Notes: generated by a model from the letters alone, not told the origin. A stretch of 32,000 bases of DNA from Zymomonas mobilis subsp. mobilis ATCC 10988 (GCF_000175255.2 NC_017262.1:450001-482000); one strand, 5' to 3'; positions 9,506-19,189 are shown, counted from the first letter of the stretch. Program-made: numbers and translations.

Positions 9506-9523
9506 GTTATGTTATCACATAAC
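9506..9523. promoter_or_regulatory. Operator-like palindrome upstream of the TonB-dependent receptor gene
   Basis: GTTATGT-tatc-ACATAAC has perfect 7-bp arms. It lies 18 to 35 nt upstream of the ATG at 9541 and just before the GGGGGA Shine-Dalgarno sequence. Confidence 0.3.
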
Positions 9524-9540
9524 TATTCTACAGGGGGAAA

Positions 9541-11799
9541 ATGGGGATGAGCGATTCCAGAAAATCGGCTCTTAAATTATTCAAATTCTATAGTGCTGCC
9601 AGCATATTGGCACTTTCATCTATTGTTACTTTATCGCCTTCTTATGCTGCAGCGGATGAAAATTCTTCTGCCGAAGAGAGCTCTCCCCCATCAGAAAACA
9701 GCACCTCAAAAACAGAAAATGCGGTGCCATCGAATGCCACAGGCAAAGACATTCTGGTGACCGCGCAAAGATTAAACGAAGCTCGCGCTCAAATTCAGTC
9801 TCACTTGGGTGCAACCGTTTATTCAATGGATCAAAAACAGATTGAATCTATTCCAGGTGGCTATAATCAGCAGATGAATAATATCCTGCTGCAAATGCCG
9901 GGGGTAACTCAGGATCAATTCAGCCAAGTTCATATTCGGGGCGATCATAACAATCTACAATATCGTATTAACGGTATTATTTTACCGGAAGGCATTTCGG
10001 TTTTTGGTCAAACCTTGGCGCCTCGTATGATCGATAAAATGGATTTGATTACGGGGGCATTACCGGCACAATACGGCCTAAGAACCGCAGGTATTATTGA
10101 TATTACGACCAAAAGTGGCCTGCAAAAAAATGGTGGAACGGCCTCCATTTACGGCGGCAGCCATGAAACGATCATCCCAAGCGTTCAATATGGCGGATCG
10201 ACCGGATCGACCAATTATTATGTCACCGGAGAATATCGCCATACAGCCTTGGGAATCGACAGTATCGACGGTTCTTCAACCCCGCTGCATGATCACAGCA
10301 ATCAAGGTAATTTCTTCGGTTATCTCGATCATATCCTTGATGACAGCAACCGTATTTCCTTGATGGCCGGTTATTCCCAGCAGAATTTCCAAATTCCGAA
10401 CCCGAAAAATATCCATCCGGGGGAAAACGGAACAACCGGCTTTAATCTGAATGGCCAGACTGACTATCGCAGTAATGACCTTGATGAAAATCAGAGAGAA
10501 CGGACGGGCTTTGCCCAACTGGCTTTCATGCATGATTCAGGGCCTTTCTCGATGCAGGCCTCCATCTTTGGCCGCTATTCTTCTCTTGATTATTATCCTT
10601 CTGTCGCAGGTGAGTTGATCTTCAACGGGATGGCGCAACGGATTACACGCAGGAATGTCGCCTTTGGCTTGCAATATGATGCGTCATGGCATGTCAGCAA
10701 ACATCACACATTACGCGGTGGTTTCTTCTTTGATCGGGAACGGGGTAGCACTTTTTCAACATCCTCGGTTTTTGCCGCCGATGATGACGGTAATCAGACG
10801 AGTACGACGCCGCTATCCATTGTTGATAACAGCGGGAAAACCCAACTGACCTACAGCGCCTATGTTCAGGATGAATGGAAACTCGCTCAAAATTTGACCT
10901 TTAACTATGGTGTTCGTTTTGATCTTTATTCCAGCTATCGGACAGAACACCAATTTAGCCCCCGCGCGAATTTGACATGGCAACCGACTAAATCAACGGC
11001 CTTGCATGTCGGCTATTCGCGCTATTTCTCCCCGCCTCCCTTTGAGTTGGTCGGTTACAGAACGATCAGCCGCTTTAATGGAACAACCGGCGCGGCAACA
11101 GGGGTAAACAAGGCTACAACACCTTATGCCGAACGGCAAAATTACTATGATGCCGGTATCCAGCAAAAAATCGGCAAAGACTTCACTTTCGGAGTCGATG
11201 GTTACTATCGTCGCTCTCATAATCTGATTGATGAAGGCCAATTTGGCGAAGCTATCCTGATGACACCGTTCAATTATAGTCGCGGTAAAATCTGGGGTAT
11301 CGACTTTAACAGCAGCTATACGCATGGTGGTTGGCGCGTCTATGGCAACTTCGCCTATCAGAAGGCCTTAGGGAAGAAGATCAAATCCAGCGAATATAAT
11401 TTCGAAGCCGATGATCTCGCTTATATCGCGCAACATTACATCTATCTGGATCATAACCAGAGCTGGACGGCTTCTGGTGGCGTTTCCTATACCTTCCATG
11501 ATGGTGTTTTGAAAAACCTGCAATTAGGCGCAACGGCTCTTTATGGTTCAGGTCTCAGAACGGATCTGACTTTGGCCAATGGCGATACCATTCCGAATGG
11601 AGCCAGCGTTAAACCCTATGCCACGGTCAACACGACAATCATGTATCGTATTGAAAGACAAGGCATCAATCTGCGCTTTGATATCACCAATATCGGTGAT
11701 CATGTTTATCAGATCAGAACGGGGGATGGTGTCGGTGTCGGCTTGCCTTCTTATGGTGCCAGACGCGGATTTTACTTTGGATTTTCGAAAGATATCTAA
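9541..11799 (+). CDS. TonB-dependent outer-membrane receptor
   Basis: This is a 752-aa ORF. It has a signal peptide (..SPSYAAAD), a low-complexity Ser/Glu linker and a TonB-box-like DILVTAQR. The plug-domain blocks are IPGGYNQQMNNILLQMPGV and HIRGDHNNLQYRINGI. A beta-barrel with alternating aromatic strands follows. Confidence 0.9.
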   Translation: MGMSDSRKSALKLFKFYSAASILALSSIVTLSPSYAAADENSSAEESSPPSENSTSKTENAVPSNATGKDILVTAQRLNEARAQIQSHLGATVYSMDQKQIESIPGGYNQQMNNILLQMPGVTQDQFSQVHIRGDHNNLQYRINGIILPEGISVFGQTLAPRMIDKMDLITGALPAQYGLRTAGIIDITTKSGLQKNGGTASIYGGSHETIIPSVQYGGSTGSTNYYVTGEYRHTALGIDSIDGSSTPLHDHSNQGNFFGYLDHILDDSNRISLMAGYSQQNFQIPNPKNIHPGENGTTGFNLNGQTDYRSNDLDENQRERTGFAQLAFMHDSGPFSMQASIFGRYSSLDYYPSVAGELIFNGMAQRITRRNVAFGLQYDASWHVSKHHTLRGGFFFDRERGSTFSTSSVFAADDDGNQTSTTPLSIVDNSGKTQLTYSAYVQDEWKLAQNLTFNYGVRFDLYSSYRTEHQFSPRANLTWQPTKSTALHVGYSRYFSPPPFELVGYRTISRFNGTTGAATGVNKATTPYAERQNYYDAGIQQKIGKDFTFGVDGYYRRSHNLIDEGQFGEAILMTPFNYSRGKIWGIDFNSSYTHGGWRVYGNFAYQKALGKKIKSSEYNFEADDLAYIAQHYIYLDHNQSWTASGGVSYTFHDGVLKNLQLGATALYGSGLRTDLTLANGDTIPNGASVKPYATVNTTIMYRIERQGINLRFDITNIGDHVYQIRTGDGVGVGLPSYGARRGFYFGFSKDI

Positions 11800-11815
11800 C
11801 CGTTATGAAGTCTTT

Positions 11816-11846
11816 CACAGGATAAGGTCTTGTTCCTTATCCTGTG
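11816..11846 (+). terminator. Stem-loop downstream of the TonB-dependent receptor gene
   Basis: A perfect 12-bp stem CACAGGATAAGG / CCTTATCCTGTG has a 7-nt loop. Only a weak T-rich tail follows (AGGATTTACTC). Confidence 0.45.
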
Positions 11847-11865
11847 AGGATTTACTCATAATATT

Positions 11866-12069
11866 ATGAAACTTGGCATCAGAAAACCCAGCATCCGCAA
11901 AAGCATTGCGGCCAGAACTTCCCCTACTCGCATCATCAAAAATAAATTGGGATTGCGGATGCCTCGTGGCTGGGGCTGGCTTACCGATCCGAAAAAAGCG
12001 CTTTATAACCGCGTTTATAATCGCACCAGTTTTTCTATTTTTGATCTGATCAAAAAACTTCTTAAGTAA
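11866..12069 (+). CDS. Small basic conserved hypothetical protein (67 aa)
   Basis: The ORF encodes MKLGIRKPSIRKSIAARTS..GWGWLTDPKKALYNRVYNRTSF. From memory, the KPS-KKS-AART and GWG..NPKK..YNKVYN.T pattern recurs in small hypothetical proteins of many bacteria. I see no convincing Shine-Dalgarno sequence. Confidence 0.5.
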   Translation: MKLGIRKPSIRKSIAARTSPTRIIKNKLGLRMPRGWGWLTDPKKALYNRVYNRTSFSIFDLIKKLLK

Positions 12070-12089
12070 TTTGACCAGATCAATAGATC

Positions 12090-13424
12090 TTATTTTACGG
12101 CTTGTTCCAGACGTTTAATGGCTTTTTCATGGCCAATCAAAGATAGTAATCCTGCCATATCGGGGCCATGGCTTTGTCCTGTCAAAGCAAAACGCAGCGG
12201 CAGGAACAGGGCTTTGCCTTTACGTCCGCTCTGTTTTTTCAAAATATCAATCCATTCTTTCCACGGATTGGAAGACCAATCGAGCGTTTTGGCAATGGCC
12301 ATCGCTTCAACCAGATAGGCCTTATCCTCTGCGGAAAGATCAGGCTTGGCGATGTCTTCTTTGACGACCGACCACCAAAAGGCTGCCTCGGATAAATCAT
12401 CTATATTCGGACGGATAACTTCCCAACTATGGGCATCCATAGCTTCCGGCAAACGATCTGCGACCTGTTCATAAGGCATGATATGAAGAATACGGGCATT
12501 CAGATGCTTTAATTCTGCCATATCGAAACGGGCTGGGGCGCGGCTGAAATGACTAAAGTCAAAATTTTCAACCAAAGGTGCCAAATCCGTCAGAACTTCA
12601 ACCGGATCGCTCGTGCCAATACGGGCAAGCAAAGCCTCCAAGGCAATCGGCTCGATATGATCGGCTTTGAAATCAGCGACACTATCGGCACCAAAACGCT
12701 TCGATATTTTTGCATCGCCCCCCGTCAACAAGGCCATATGGGCGAATTCAGGCAATTCAGCTTCCAAAGCCTGAAACATCTGAATTTGGGTCGCTGTATT
12801 GCTGACATGATCTTCACCGCGAACAATGGTGGTGATTTCCATATCAATATCATCAATGACACTCGGCAACAGATAAAGCCAACTGCCATCTGCACGACGG
12901 ATAACGGGATCTGAAAGCAACTTGGGGTCAAAGCGCTGTTCACCCCGAATAAGATCATTCCATTTAATGGCATGATCGTGATCCAGACGAAAACGCCAAT
13001 GAGGTTTAATGCCTTTTTCTTCCAGTTCCGAACGCTCTTCAATTGTCAGATTAAGCGCAGCTCGATCATAAATCGGCGGCAATCCACGTCCAATCGCAAT
13101 GCGGCGTTTTAAATCCAGTTCCTGTGGCGTTTCGTAACAAGGATAAATACGCCCTTTCGCCTTCAGGCTTTCAAAACGGATTTCATAAAGCTCGCTTCGC
13201 TTGGACTGGCTATATTCGACATCTGGGTTAAGATTAAGCCAAGCCAAATCAGCCCGAATAGCTTGGGTATATTCTTCGGTTGATCTTTCGCTATCGGTAT
13301 CATCAATCCGCAAGACAAAACGGCCATGATGATGGCGGGCATAAAGCCAGTTGATTAAAGCCGTCCGAATATTGCCGACATGTAAAAAGCCCGTCGGCGA
13401 TGGTGCAAAGCGCGTAGTAATCAC
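12090..13424 (-). CDS. gltX: Glutamate--tRNA ligase (short 444-aa form)
   Basis: Evidence is the N-terminus TRFAPSPTGFLHVGNIRTALINWLYAR (HIGH-type motif HVGN), the LRIDDTD block and the KMSKS-type motif KISKR. It sits 12 nt downstream of nadE on the same strand. Confidence 0.9.
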   Translation of the reverse strand: MITTRFAPSPTGFLHVGNIRTALINWLYARHHHGRFVLRIDDTDSERSTEEYTQAIRADLAWLNLNPDVEYSQSKRSELYEIRFESLKAKGRIYPCYETPQELDLKRRIAIGRGLPPIYDRAALNLTIEERSELEEKGIKPHWRFRLDHDHAIKWNDLIRGEQRFDPKLLSDPVIRRADGSWLYLLPSVIDDIDMEITTIVRGEDHVSNTATQIQMFQALEAELPEFAHMALLTGGDAKISKRFGADSVADFKADHIEPIALEALLARIGTSDPVEVLTDLAPLVENFDFSHFSRAPARFDMAELKHLNARILHIMPYEQVADRLPEAMDAHSWEVIRPNIDDLSEAAFWWSVVKEDIAKPDLSAEDKAYLVEAMAIAKTLDWSSNPWKEWIDILKKQSGRKGKALFLPLRFALTGQSHGPDMAGLLSLIGHEKAIKRLEQAVK

Positions 13425-13436
13425 AAGAAAACCCGA

Positions 13437-15113
13437 TCAGGAATGAGAAGAACGAAATTGATGGGAAAGCGGATAACGGCGATCCCGCCCGAAATTGCGG
13501 CTACCCAGTTTCACACCGGGGGGAGCCTGCCTTCTTTTATATTCGGCACGATGGAGCAGATTTTCAATCCGCGTGACCAAATCAGGATCATAGCCGCGTT
13601 TGACCAGATCAGAACAGGACAAATCCTCTTCAATCAAGCCATGCAAGACAGCATCCAATATATCATAAGGAGGTAATGAATCGCTATCTTTTTGATCTTC
13701 CCGCAATTCTGCGGAAGGTGGCTTGGTAATCACTCGATCGGGCATGACATAGCCATCGGGGCCTAAAGCATGGGCAGGTTTATGGCTATTTCTCCAACGG
13801 GATACCTTAAAGACATCACTTTTATAAAGATCTTTCAGGACAGAATAGCCGCCATTCATATCGCCATAAAGGGTCGCATAGCCAACGGCCATTTCACTTT
13901 TATTTCCCGTGGTTAACACCATTGGAGAAAATTTATTGGAAATCGCCATTAACACGACCCCGCGCAAACGGGATTGAATGTTTTCTTCGGTAATATCAGG
14001 CTTTTTCCCTGAAAAAAGTGGAGCCAGCATCCCGTCAATAGCTTCAACCGCCGGATTGATGGGAACAGAATCTAACCGACATCCCAGCATCTCGGCACAA
14101 GCGCGCGCATCATCAAGGCTTTCTTGACTAGTATAGCGAGAAGGCAGCATCACGCACCAGACTTTATCTGCACCAAGGGCATCTACTGCGACCGCCGCCG
14201 AAAGCGCGCTGTCAATACCACCGGATAAGCCCAGCAAAACACCAGAAAAACCATTCTGGCGGACATAATCGCCAAGCCCCATCATCATGGCTTGATAAAT
14301 ATCGCTTAATCGCCCGTCTTCACCCTCTGAGATTTTACTCTGTAAACCCTCATCACAAGACCAACCTTCTTCGGTCTTATGCCAACGAGTTACATAACAA
14401 TCCGCCTGCCATCGCGGCAGAGAGACAGGCACTGCACCATCTCGATTGACAACAAAAGAGCCACCATCAAAAACGACTTCATCCTGTCCACCGACCCTGT
14501 TCAGATACAGGCAGGGCAATCCTGTTTCTTTAACCCGATCTGCAACAACTTTACGCCGAACCGGATATTTACCGCTTTCAAAAGGACTGCCATTCGGCAC
14601 AAGAAGTATTTCCGCTCCGCGTTCTTTCAGATGATCACAGAGTTTTTCTGTCCAGATATCTTCACAAACAGGAATACCAAGAGAGACATCTCTAAACAAA
14701 ACAGGTTCAGGAAGAGGTCCCGCTGAAAAAATCCGCTTTTCGTCAAAGGTGCCGTAATTTGGCAAGTCATGTTTATAGCGAATAGCCGCAATTTTACCTT
14801 GATCCAGCAAGGCAACGGCATTGAAAATCCGCCCCTTTTCCTGCCATGCCGTTCCAACCAACATTGCCGCCCCGCCATCAGATGTCGCAAGAGCCAAACG
14901 CTCCAATTCTTCCTTGGCATTTTGCAATAAAGACGGCTTTAAAACGAGATCTTCGGGAGGATAACCGATCAATTGCAATTCAGGAAACAGGATAAGATCA
15001 ACCTTCCCCGCTTCTTGCCTGATTTTCAGCATAGCATCCGCATTACGGCGGCAATGACCGACCGTTTGCGGGATTTGAGCTAACAGTATTGTCAATTGGT
15101 CAGTCATGCTCAT
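13437..15113 (-). CDS. nadE: Glutamine-dependent NAD(+) synthetase
   Basis: This is a 558-aa ORF. The N-terminal CN-hydrolase domain has the blocks FPELQLIGYPPED, KHDLPNYGTFDEKR and GIPVCEDIW. The C-terminal NAD synthetase domain has the PP-loop GLSGGIDS. Confidence 0.95.
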   Translation of the reverse strand: MSMTDQLTILLAQIPQTVGHCRRNADAMLKIRQEAGKVDLILFPELQLIGYPPEDLVLKPSLLQNAKEELERLALATSDGGAAMLVGTAWQEKGRIFNAVALLDQGKIAAIRYKHDLPNYGTFDEKRIFSAGPLPEPVLFRDVSLGIPVCEDIWTEKLCDHLKERGAEILLVPNGSPFESGKYPVRRKVVADRVKETGLPCLYLNRVGGQDEVVFDGGSFVVNRDGAVPVSLPRWQADCYVTRWHKTEEGWSCDEGLQSKISEGEDGRLSDIYQAMMMGLGDYVRQNGFSGVLLGLSGGIDSALSAAVAVDALGADKVWCVMLPSRYTSQESLDDARACAEMLGCRLDSVPINPAVEAIDGMLAPLFSGKKPDITEENIQSRLRGVVLMAISNKFSPMVLTTGNKSEMAVGYATLYGDMNGGYSVLKDLYKSDVFKVSRWRNSHKPAHALGPDGYVMPDRVITKPPSAELREDQKDSDSLPPYDILDAVLHGLIEEDLSCSDLVKRGYDPDLVTRIENLLHRAEYKRRQAPPGVKLGSRNFGRDRRYPLSHQFRSSHS

Positions 15114-15275
15114 CAGATCGGAATCCTTACCAGAAAAGGCTTCCGATCCTTTCCTCCTTAAAATTCAGGCAGATGGTCAAACAGCCTGTAACAGACAAAA
15201 AAGAAAATGCCTTCATTTGTTCCTTTGCCCCAAAGAGTTACAAATGAAAAGGCATATCCTTTAAAAACACCAACC

Positions 15276-15323
15276 CTGAAATAGCTGCACGATTGGCCTT
15301 TAAAAAAGCCCAAGCTATTTCAG
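15276..15323 (-). terminator. Possible terminator stem-loop after the PAS_5 gene
   Basis: A perfect 10-bp inverted repeat CTGAAATAGC (15276..15285) / GCTATTTCAG (15314..15323) has a 28-nt loop. On the minus strand a T5 run follows 8 nt later. Confidence 0.4.
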
Positions 15324-15339
15324 ATAATTGGTGCTGATC

Positions 15340-16158
15340 TTATAGCTTTTTCAAAAGCGCCTTAAGACCTTCGTCGTCTTTCTCGACCATGGCAACAATG
15401 CCGATCTGATCATCTTTTTCACGGCGACCTAACAACAGAACAAAATCTTTACCAACAGGTCCCAGATCGACGATCGCCTTTGCAGGGGCTTTCTTCAATG
15501 AAGCCAGACTATCACTGCTTTTTATCATTGGAATAGCGGAATGATCGGCTTTTTCTCCAGAAGCCTTATGGCTATCCACCGCTGACAATTCACTGGCAAC
15601 GGTCTGCAAAAGAGATGATTTTGCCTTACTCTTATCTTCAGAGAGAATTTTCCAATTCACGACCCCATAAAGATGGTCAATATGCTCACCATCCGAAGAA
15701 AAAGGCATAAAGATGCCGCGATAGATCAAAGACTGACCCAGATAGGTTTCAAAGTCAGCCTCAAAGCCAACAGGGCCTTTTTGTTCAATTACCGCTGCAA
15801 AATGAGGGGCAGTTGCCATATGGGCAATCAGACTACCTTCGGGGGCATCTGAAATATGATTGACATGATATGTCAGTTTATCCAGCTCGCGTAAGGCATA
15901 TCCTAGAAAGGATATCTTCGGATTATGGGGATTTTCTCGAAAATCCAGCAAGAAGCTGTGCTGCCCGAAATCAGCGATAGCAGCCGGATCAAAATCGCTC
16001 ACCAATGGAATTTTGTGACCGTTTAATACCGACAGCCAAAAATTATAGGCGCGTACATGCATCCGGCGATCATATGCCCCAATCGCCTTCATAACGCCTT
16101 CACTTCCCCCCCTTGGGAAAACAGGAGCCTCGATCTCTTTTCTCTGACTGTCCGTCAT
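15340..16158 (-). CDS. PAS_5 (DUF1457)-like domain protein, alphaproteobacterial hypothetical
   Basis: This is a 272-aa ORF. The block AYNFWLSVLNGHKIPLVSDFDPAAIADFGQHSFLLDF resembles the PAS_5 family signature. The C-terminal third is low-complexity. Confidence 0.65.
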   Translation of the reverse strand: MTDSQRKEIEAPVFPRGGSEGVMKAIGAYDRRMHVRAYNFWLSVLNGHKIPLVSDFDPAAIADFGQHSFLLDFRENPHNPKISFLGYALRELDKLTYHVNHISDAPEGSLIAHMATAPHFAAVIEQKGPVGFEADFETYLGQSLIYRGIFMPFSSDGEHIDHLYGVVNWKILSEDKSKAKSSLLQTVASELSAVDSHKASGEKADHSAIPMIKSSDSLASLKKAPAKAIVDLGPVGKDFVLLLGRREKDDQIGIVAMVEKDDEGLKALLKKL

Positions 16159-16352
16159 ATTTTTGGGTCTTTGCCTTCGTCAATTTTCAGGTAATCACGT
16201 CGATTATTTGTGGATATGCTTTATCCACTTTCAAACGAAGGGCGTAAAGACAATAAGCTTAAAATATCGCTAACAGAAAATTATTTCTGTCTAATTGCAA
16301 AATTATGCTTGAGCTTTCTGAAGAGGGTTGCTAAGAGCCACAACTCTGTTGC

Positions 16353-16428
16353 GCCGCTTTAGCTCAGCTGGTAGAGCATCGCATTCGTAATGCGAGGGCC
16401 GCAGGTTCGAGTCCTGCAAGCGGCACCA
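16353..16428 (+). tRNA. tRNA-Thr (anticodon CGT)
   Basis: The fold is GCCGCTT-TA-GCTC-AGCTGGTA-GAGC-A-TCGCA-TTCGTAA-TGCGA-GGGCC-GCAGG-TTCGAGT-CCTGC-AAGCGGC-ACCA. This is a full 76-nt cloverleaf with anticodon CGT and an encoded CCA. Confidence 0.92.
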
Positions 16429-16784
16429 GAATTTTTGCCTTTATCTCTCGGCAATAACCTCCTTAAAAATTCAACTATACTTTATCTATTATCGCTTGAT
16501 AATGGCTGCCTTCGGCTGTTCATTCGCCCTATTTAGGCTATCCATTCTAAAAAATGCCCACCAATATGAAAATCAACTTATAAATAAGACTTGATGATAG
16601 ATTGTAATCACCAAACTTATTTTACAGATATTCCATATTTTTTAATTGTAAAATCAGTATGTTATAAAAATTATGAAGTCAAAAATCGACTTTTGGGGCT
16701 TCATCTAAGCCCGCTCTGTTTATTCTCTTTTTTTAGAAAAAATGTTAGATAATCCTCCCAATCTAGTATTGGGGATAATCAGCC

Positions 16785-17030
16785 GTGCATCGCTTCAACC
16801 ACAATATAATTAAAGAATTGCGAGATAAGGTAGATAATCTACCGGAAAAAGAGAAGTTAATAACCAAAAAAGATATCGTGAACGAGATGGTTTCTTCTAT
16901 CAAAATTCTTCACGAAAAAGGGTATTCCCCAGACGAAATTTTAGGATTTTTCAAAGAAAACGGGATATATAGTAACAACGGCTATATTATGTCTTTAATT
17001 GTGATGACTGTTTACTGTCACCCATCATGA
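16785..17030 (+). CDS. Hypothetical 81-aa protein in the AT-rich islet (GTG start)
   Basis: The ORF has a GGGGAT Shine-Dalgarno-like element 9 nt upstream of the GTG. Its helical Lys/Glu-rich sequence (ITKKDIVNEMVSSIKILHEKGYSPDEILGFFKENGI) is reminiscent of small DNA-binding or plasmid-type accessory proteins. I recognise no family. Confidence 0.35.
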   Translation: MHRFNHNIIKELRDKVDNLPEKEKLITKKDIVNEMVSSIKILHEKGYSPDEILGFFKENGIYSNNGYIMSLIVMTVYCHPS

Positions 17031-17192
17031 AAAGATAATCTGTTATGATAGCGACAAGAGAGAAAATAGAATAATCCGCCATTCCTCTTTTAAAATACAG
17101 CTGCATGAAAAGACTTTTGATATAGATATTACCTCAAATTGATTTATGAACCAGATCGTTATCTATATTTGATCTGATTATCCGAGGTTCTC

Positions 17193-18107
17193 TTGTTCAG
17201 TAGCGTATCTGCCGTCTTGTTTATCCTTCTTTGCGCCTTGGTTCCTGCGGCCACCATTATTTTTTGCCAGTTCAAAAATCGCCAACTCAAACGCCGCAGT
17301 CCTATTTCAGAACCGCTTCTTCCCCTGCCCGGCGAAACACTGCAAAAAAATCTAAATTTTGAAAATAATAAGTTGATAGCGGTCTTTTCTTTTTCCGCGC
17401 TTATCCCTTCAATTATTCTTATTTGCTTGATGGGACAGTGGATCAATCCCGCATTTGTGCAATTCCATTGGATCGACCTTTTATGGGCAATGATATGCGG
17501 TGCCTCAATAACCACCTCTGTCTATGCAACGAAAAGAATTATGGCTCGCCGGAAGGCCTTTACCGCAGGCCTGATGGGGGAAATGGCTACGGCTGAATAT
17601 TTCACCCCCTTAGTCAGAGAGGGATGGTATCTTTTTCACGATCTGTCTTTTCCTCGTGGAAATATCGACCATGTTCTCGTTGGACCAACAGGCATCTTTG
17701 CGATTGAAACAAAATATCGTTCAAAATATGCTGATATTAAAGGTGGCCAAGGCGCTTTGGCAGAATATGATGGCCACAGCATCCTTTTTAGTGGCCGCCG
17801 CCAAGAAGACCTTCCCTTACAACAGGCAAAAGCTGTCAGTGGCGAATTATCAAAATATTTACGGGGGAAATTGGGCTATACGGTTCCAGTCCGGCCTGTT
17901 GTTTCCTTACCGGGATGGAGAATAGAAAACTATTTGCCAGATGAAGAATCCGAAGTCATCGTGATTAATCCCAAAAATTTCCGTCGTCTAAAGAATTTTC
18001 AGGCCATTATTAACACCCCTGAAGCAATAAAAGTAACTAGCGCTTTGGAAGAAATTGCCAAAAAATCTCCCCAAAAACCCTTTTATAAGTCTATTATCAA
18101 AAGATAA
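17193..18107 (+). CDS. Membrane-anchored NERD (nuclease-related domain) protein
   Basis: This is a 304-aa ORF with a TTG start and a GAGG element 5 nt upstream. Three N-terminal hydrophobic helices precede a NERD-like core, GEMATAEYFTPLVREGWYLFHDLSFPRGNIDHVLVGPTGIFAIETKYRS. Confidence 0.7.
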   Translation: MFSSVSAVLFILLCALVPAATIIFCQFKNRQLKRRSPISEPLLPLPGETLQKNLNFENNKLIAVFSFSALIPSIILICLMGQWINPAFVQFHWIDLLWAMICGASITTSVYATKRIMARRKAFTAGLMGEMATAEYFTPLVREGWYLFHDLSFPRGNIDHVLVGPTGIFAIETKYRSKYADIKGGQGALAEYDGHSILFSGRRQEDLPLQQAKAVSGELSKYLRGKLGYTVPVRPVVSLPGWRIENYLPDEESEVIVINPKNFRRLKNFQAIINTPEAIKVTSALEEIAKKSPQKPFYKSIIKR

Positions 18108-18109
18108 TA

Positions 18110-19189
18110 TTGCTTCTGAACAGATTAAAGGCAGGTCGTCTCATGGCATTTTCTGAAAGACTGGGAAATCTAGCAAAAGAAGCCTTTCGGTCTGTCGGTG
18201 CCTTCGTTGCGGAAGGTAAAATCTCGGGTGCCGCATTAGGCGTGATCACGGCTGACGGTCGGAAAGGATGTTACCTTGACGGCTTTGCCCAGATTATACC
18301 GCAAAAAGAAAAACTGACACGACAACATTATTTCGACCTTGCTTCTTTAACCAAGGTAATGGCGACAACACCGGCTATTTTAAAACTGGTCGATGATGGA
18401 ATCATTGATCTCGATCAACCTCTGACCAAAGCTATTCCTGACCTAAGACAATATGAAGTCGGTTCGGCCTATGAACGGACACTGACTTTCAGAGATTGCC
18501 TTACCCATAACACGCGTCTTCCCGCGGTAGAGCCTATTTATACCTATGGCAGCGATCCCAATCGGCTTCGGCATTTCATTTTGCAACGCAAATGGGAAAA
18601 AACTGCCACGCCCGTTTATTCTGACATCAATTTTATGTTGCTTGGTATTGCCTTGGAACGGCTACATCATGCTCCATTAATCACTTTACCCTTACCAAAG
18701 GGACTTACCTACACCCCACCCACCTCCCTTGCGGTGGCGACCGAAAATTGCGTTTTCCGCCACCGTGTTCTTAAAGGCGAAGTGCATGATGAGAATGCTT
18801 GGGCATTGGGGGGTGCGGCCGGTCATGCTGGTTTATTCGGTACAGTCGATGCGGTTCTTGACTTTGCCCAATCGCTTTTGAATGGCCAAGCGGCTTCTCC
18901 CAAAGCCTTGGAAGCGATCCGTCGCGTTTCAACCAATCCCAAAAGAACTCTTGGTTGGGAATGTAAATTTGATAACTGGGCAGGTGGTCAGGCTTGCTCC
19001 GATCAGAGCATTGGACATACCGGCTTTACTGGAACCGGATTATGGATAGATTTCGACCGTTCTTTGGCATGGACATTATTAACCAATCGCGTTCACCCTA
19101 CCCGCTTTTCAGGGGTACCTATGCAAGATATCCGGCGAAAAACGGGAAATGCCGTTATCGCAGGATGGGACAGCGCTCTTTCTTCATAA
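18110..19189 (+). CDS. Beta-lactamase-fold serine hydrolase (AmpH/esterase-like)
   Basis: Evidence is the SxxK motif in FDLASLTKVMAT, the YxN-like YSDINFMLLG and the KTG-equivalent GHTGFTG. The track start at 18110 is TTG. The ATG at 18143 (MAFSERLG), preceded by AAAGGCAGG, is the more likely start. Confidence 0.8.
   Translation: MLLNRLKAGRLMAFSERLGNLAKEAFRSVGAFVAEGKISGAALGVITADGRKGCYLDGFAQIIPQKEKLTRQHYFDLASLTKVMATTPAILKLVDDGIIDLDQPLTKAIPDLRQYEVGSAYERTLTFRDCLTHNTRLPAVEPIYTYGSDPNRLRHFILQRKWEKTATPVYSDINFMLLGIALERLHHAPLITLPLPKGLTYTPPTSLAVATENCVFRHRVLKGEVHDENAWALGGAAGHAGLFGTVDAVLDFAQSLLNGQAASPKALEAIRRVSTNPKRTLGWECKFDNWAGGQACSDQSIGHTGFTGTGLWIDFDRSLAWTLLTNRVHPTRFSGVPMQDIRRKTGNAVIAGWDSALSS

Noticed and set aside
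9506-9523. Interpretation of the receptor-gene palindrome as a Fur box
   Set aside because: It matches the 19-bp Fur consensus only at scattered positions. It is kept as a generic operator candidate, not as a Fur site.
16174-16241. Nested inverted repeats CCTTCGT/ACGAAGG enclosing GTGGATA-tgctt-TATCCAC, upstream of the PAS_5 gene
   Set aside because: The stems are short (7 bp) and lie in a divergent promoter region, with no associated T-run or ORF. It could be an operator or a 5'-UTR structure, but I cannot distinguish it from chance.
17159-17515. 118-aa minus-strand ORF overlapping the NERD gene 5' end
   Set aside because: It is antisense to the transmembrane-helix region of the NERD ORF and has no motifs or Shine-Dalgarno sequence. 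The NERD frame is supported by domain similarity.
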